NCBI RefSeq assembly: GCF_006345805.1
Contig: NC_043026.1
Coordinates: 11,945,579-12,009,578, forward strand
Reading direction: 5' to 3'
Source of the DNA: Octopus sinensis
Taxonomy: Eukaryota
Length of the DNA stretch: 64,000 nt
A model generated the notes under the pieces. The model ran no database searches. It was not told where the DNA came from and saw only the letters and a program-made list of their open reading frames with translations. Positions 62,463 to 64,000 of this stretch are shown here, piece by piece (the stretch's first letter is position 1; each line of letters opens with the position of its first letter). A program made the position numbers and the translations under genes.

Positions 62463-63196
62463 GAAGTTATAGGAGTGAGTTCCATGAATCTGAAGTAAGA
62501 TTCCAAGCAGACTATATATGTTTTCCAACAATACAAAGTTTTAAAATTGATTGTTAACATCCCAGAGAAGATAAATCTACTCATAAAGATGTGGATATAA
62601 GTTCCAAGAGGCATGAGGAAAGATGCTGGTCATACCACGGTTAAGTTCTCATCTAACTGTTGCAGACAAAATTCTATAGTAGTAGCAAGAAAGACAGCAG
62701 GGGGTAGGTTTAGCTAAAGCAAAAAACATCAGGAGAAAAGAAATAGGGATGCAAAAGGGGATAAAGATACCACAGACAAAGGTTAGTCTATATCTGTGGT
62801 GACAGAAAATCTAGGTCAGTGTAGAAGGAATCTTAAATTCATAAAAGAACTGTAAGTTTGACCACTTCTAGCACATGCACATATACACTATGTTCCTTTT
62901 TATTATTCAGGTCAATCATTCCTCAATAAAATCAAAACCACTTGTTCGATTTTCTTAAAATTTTTACGGGATATGTAGGATTATGTATCCCGTGTCTTGT
63001 GTAATTTTTGTCTAAATTGGTTTACATTTAAAGCAGAAATGAAGAAAAACACGTTTATAGGGTGTTTCTATTTATTATGCAAGTTAACAAGATACTGCTT
63101 TCCCCCCATGTGATAAGTGATTTTGAAATGTTTTTTCTTAATTTCAGATACGGGAAATATAGAAATGGGTTGAAGTAAAGATATAATATCAAGGGA

Positions 63197-63562
63197 GGGA
63201 TCTTTTCCTTTTGATGGACGGAATTTTCTAGTTAACTAAACAATTTGAAATTTCGTATACTGGTAGAATGTGTCAAAAGAAAACATTATTGTAAACAAAA
63301 TTGAAAACAAAATTGTAATTTGTAAGTTTAACGTAGTTTAATTCTTCGAATTTTAACCAATGAAATGCCAGCATTTGAGCTCAAATCATTTGCTGCGTCT
63401 AAAAACTCAGACAATATCCTCTTGCAACGTAAACAGCACACACACACGTGTTATTCATTCTTCTCTCTTCTGTCTGTTTGATAAACAAAGGCGGAAGGAG
63501 GAGGCAAATTTCAAATTGTTTAGTTAACTAGAAAATTCCGTCCATCAAAAGGAAAAGATCCC
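63197..63562. mobile_element. Related GGGATCTTTTC-terminated MITE
   Basis: ~45-bp TIRs; shares CGTATACTGGTAGAATGTG with the 24-kb MITE. Confidence 0.75.
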
Positions 63563-63639
63563 AAGGGGATGAGAAGAAAGAAATAGTGAAACTACTGGGA
63601 GAAGGGGATATAACAATTGTAATTTCTAAAAAGCTAAAT

Positions 63640-63940
63640 AGAGATCGAAGCCATCTTATTATGGCTAACCACATTGGGGACGAGGGACAACAATCCCGAA
63701 ACTAGTTCGAACGTATCACTCAGGCTTGCGAGGAAGGGATGGCCTCCCTTTGCAAATACTCCAAGGACACAGATATTGTGTCTAAAGCCAGCTAGAGACG
63801 AAGATCTCTTGGGGCTATAAAGCTACAGTAACAACCCCCTCCCCAATGTGGTTAGACATGATAAGATGGCTTCTATACTTTACATTATCGAGCGATTACT
63901 GTTTCAATCTCATTCTGACATTTAATTATGCCCAAATAGA
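63640..63940. mobile_element. MITE-like element, parent of the 25.9-kb palindrome
   Basis: ~33-bp inverted repeats GAAGCCATCTTATTATGGCTAACCACATTGGGG; shared right flank with 26113-26160. Confidence 0.65.
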
Positions 63941-64000
63941 GATCACAGAACAATAAAGAAAAAAAAAACGGGTACAAAACATTGAGAGAGGAAAAATAAG

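Noticed and set aside
62480-62830. Hydrophobic minus-strand stretch resembling a GPCR transmembrane segment
   Set aside because: Interrupted by stops, no recognisable motif; hydrophobicity is expected from T-rich DNA.

Overview
Eukaryotic, AT-rich, repeat-dense DNA. It is most consistent with an octopus (coleoid cephalopod) genome, inferred from the SINE repertoire and the tandem C2H2 gene architecture. The window holds a tandem cluster of six poly-C2H2 zinc-finger genes with 11-16 fingers each, no KRAB/SCAN/BTB domain and an uninterrupted finger ORF: four on the minus strand, then two on the plus strand. The spacers are filled with at least five SINE-like families, 3' fragments of CR1- and RTE-type LINEs, MITEs (piggyBac-, hAT- and Merlin/Mutator-like), a Helentron-like element and long microsatellites. 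Almost all other ORFs in the track are repeat artefacts. Most interesting: (1) several small elements, mostly next to (TA)n tracts, fold into type I hammerhead ribozyme variants; one family has a compensatory G3-C8 swap of the conserved C3-G8 pair, and another has a ~40-bp perfect stem I; (2) several unrelated TE classes occur as concatemers whose junction is identical at distant loci; (3) the finger arrays show active remodelling (frameshift, nonsense plus SINE truncation, and a satellite built from a gene's own stop-codon region). Repeat coordinates were read by eye and may be off by a few bases. No database search or folding program was run.
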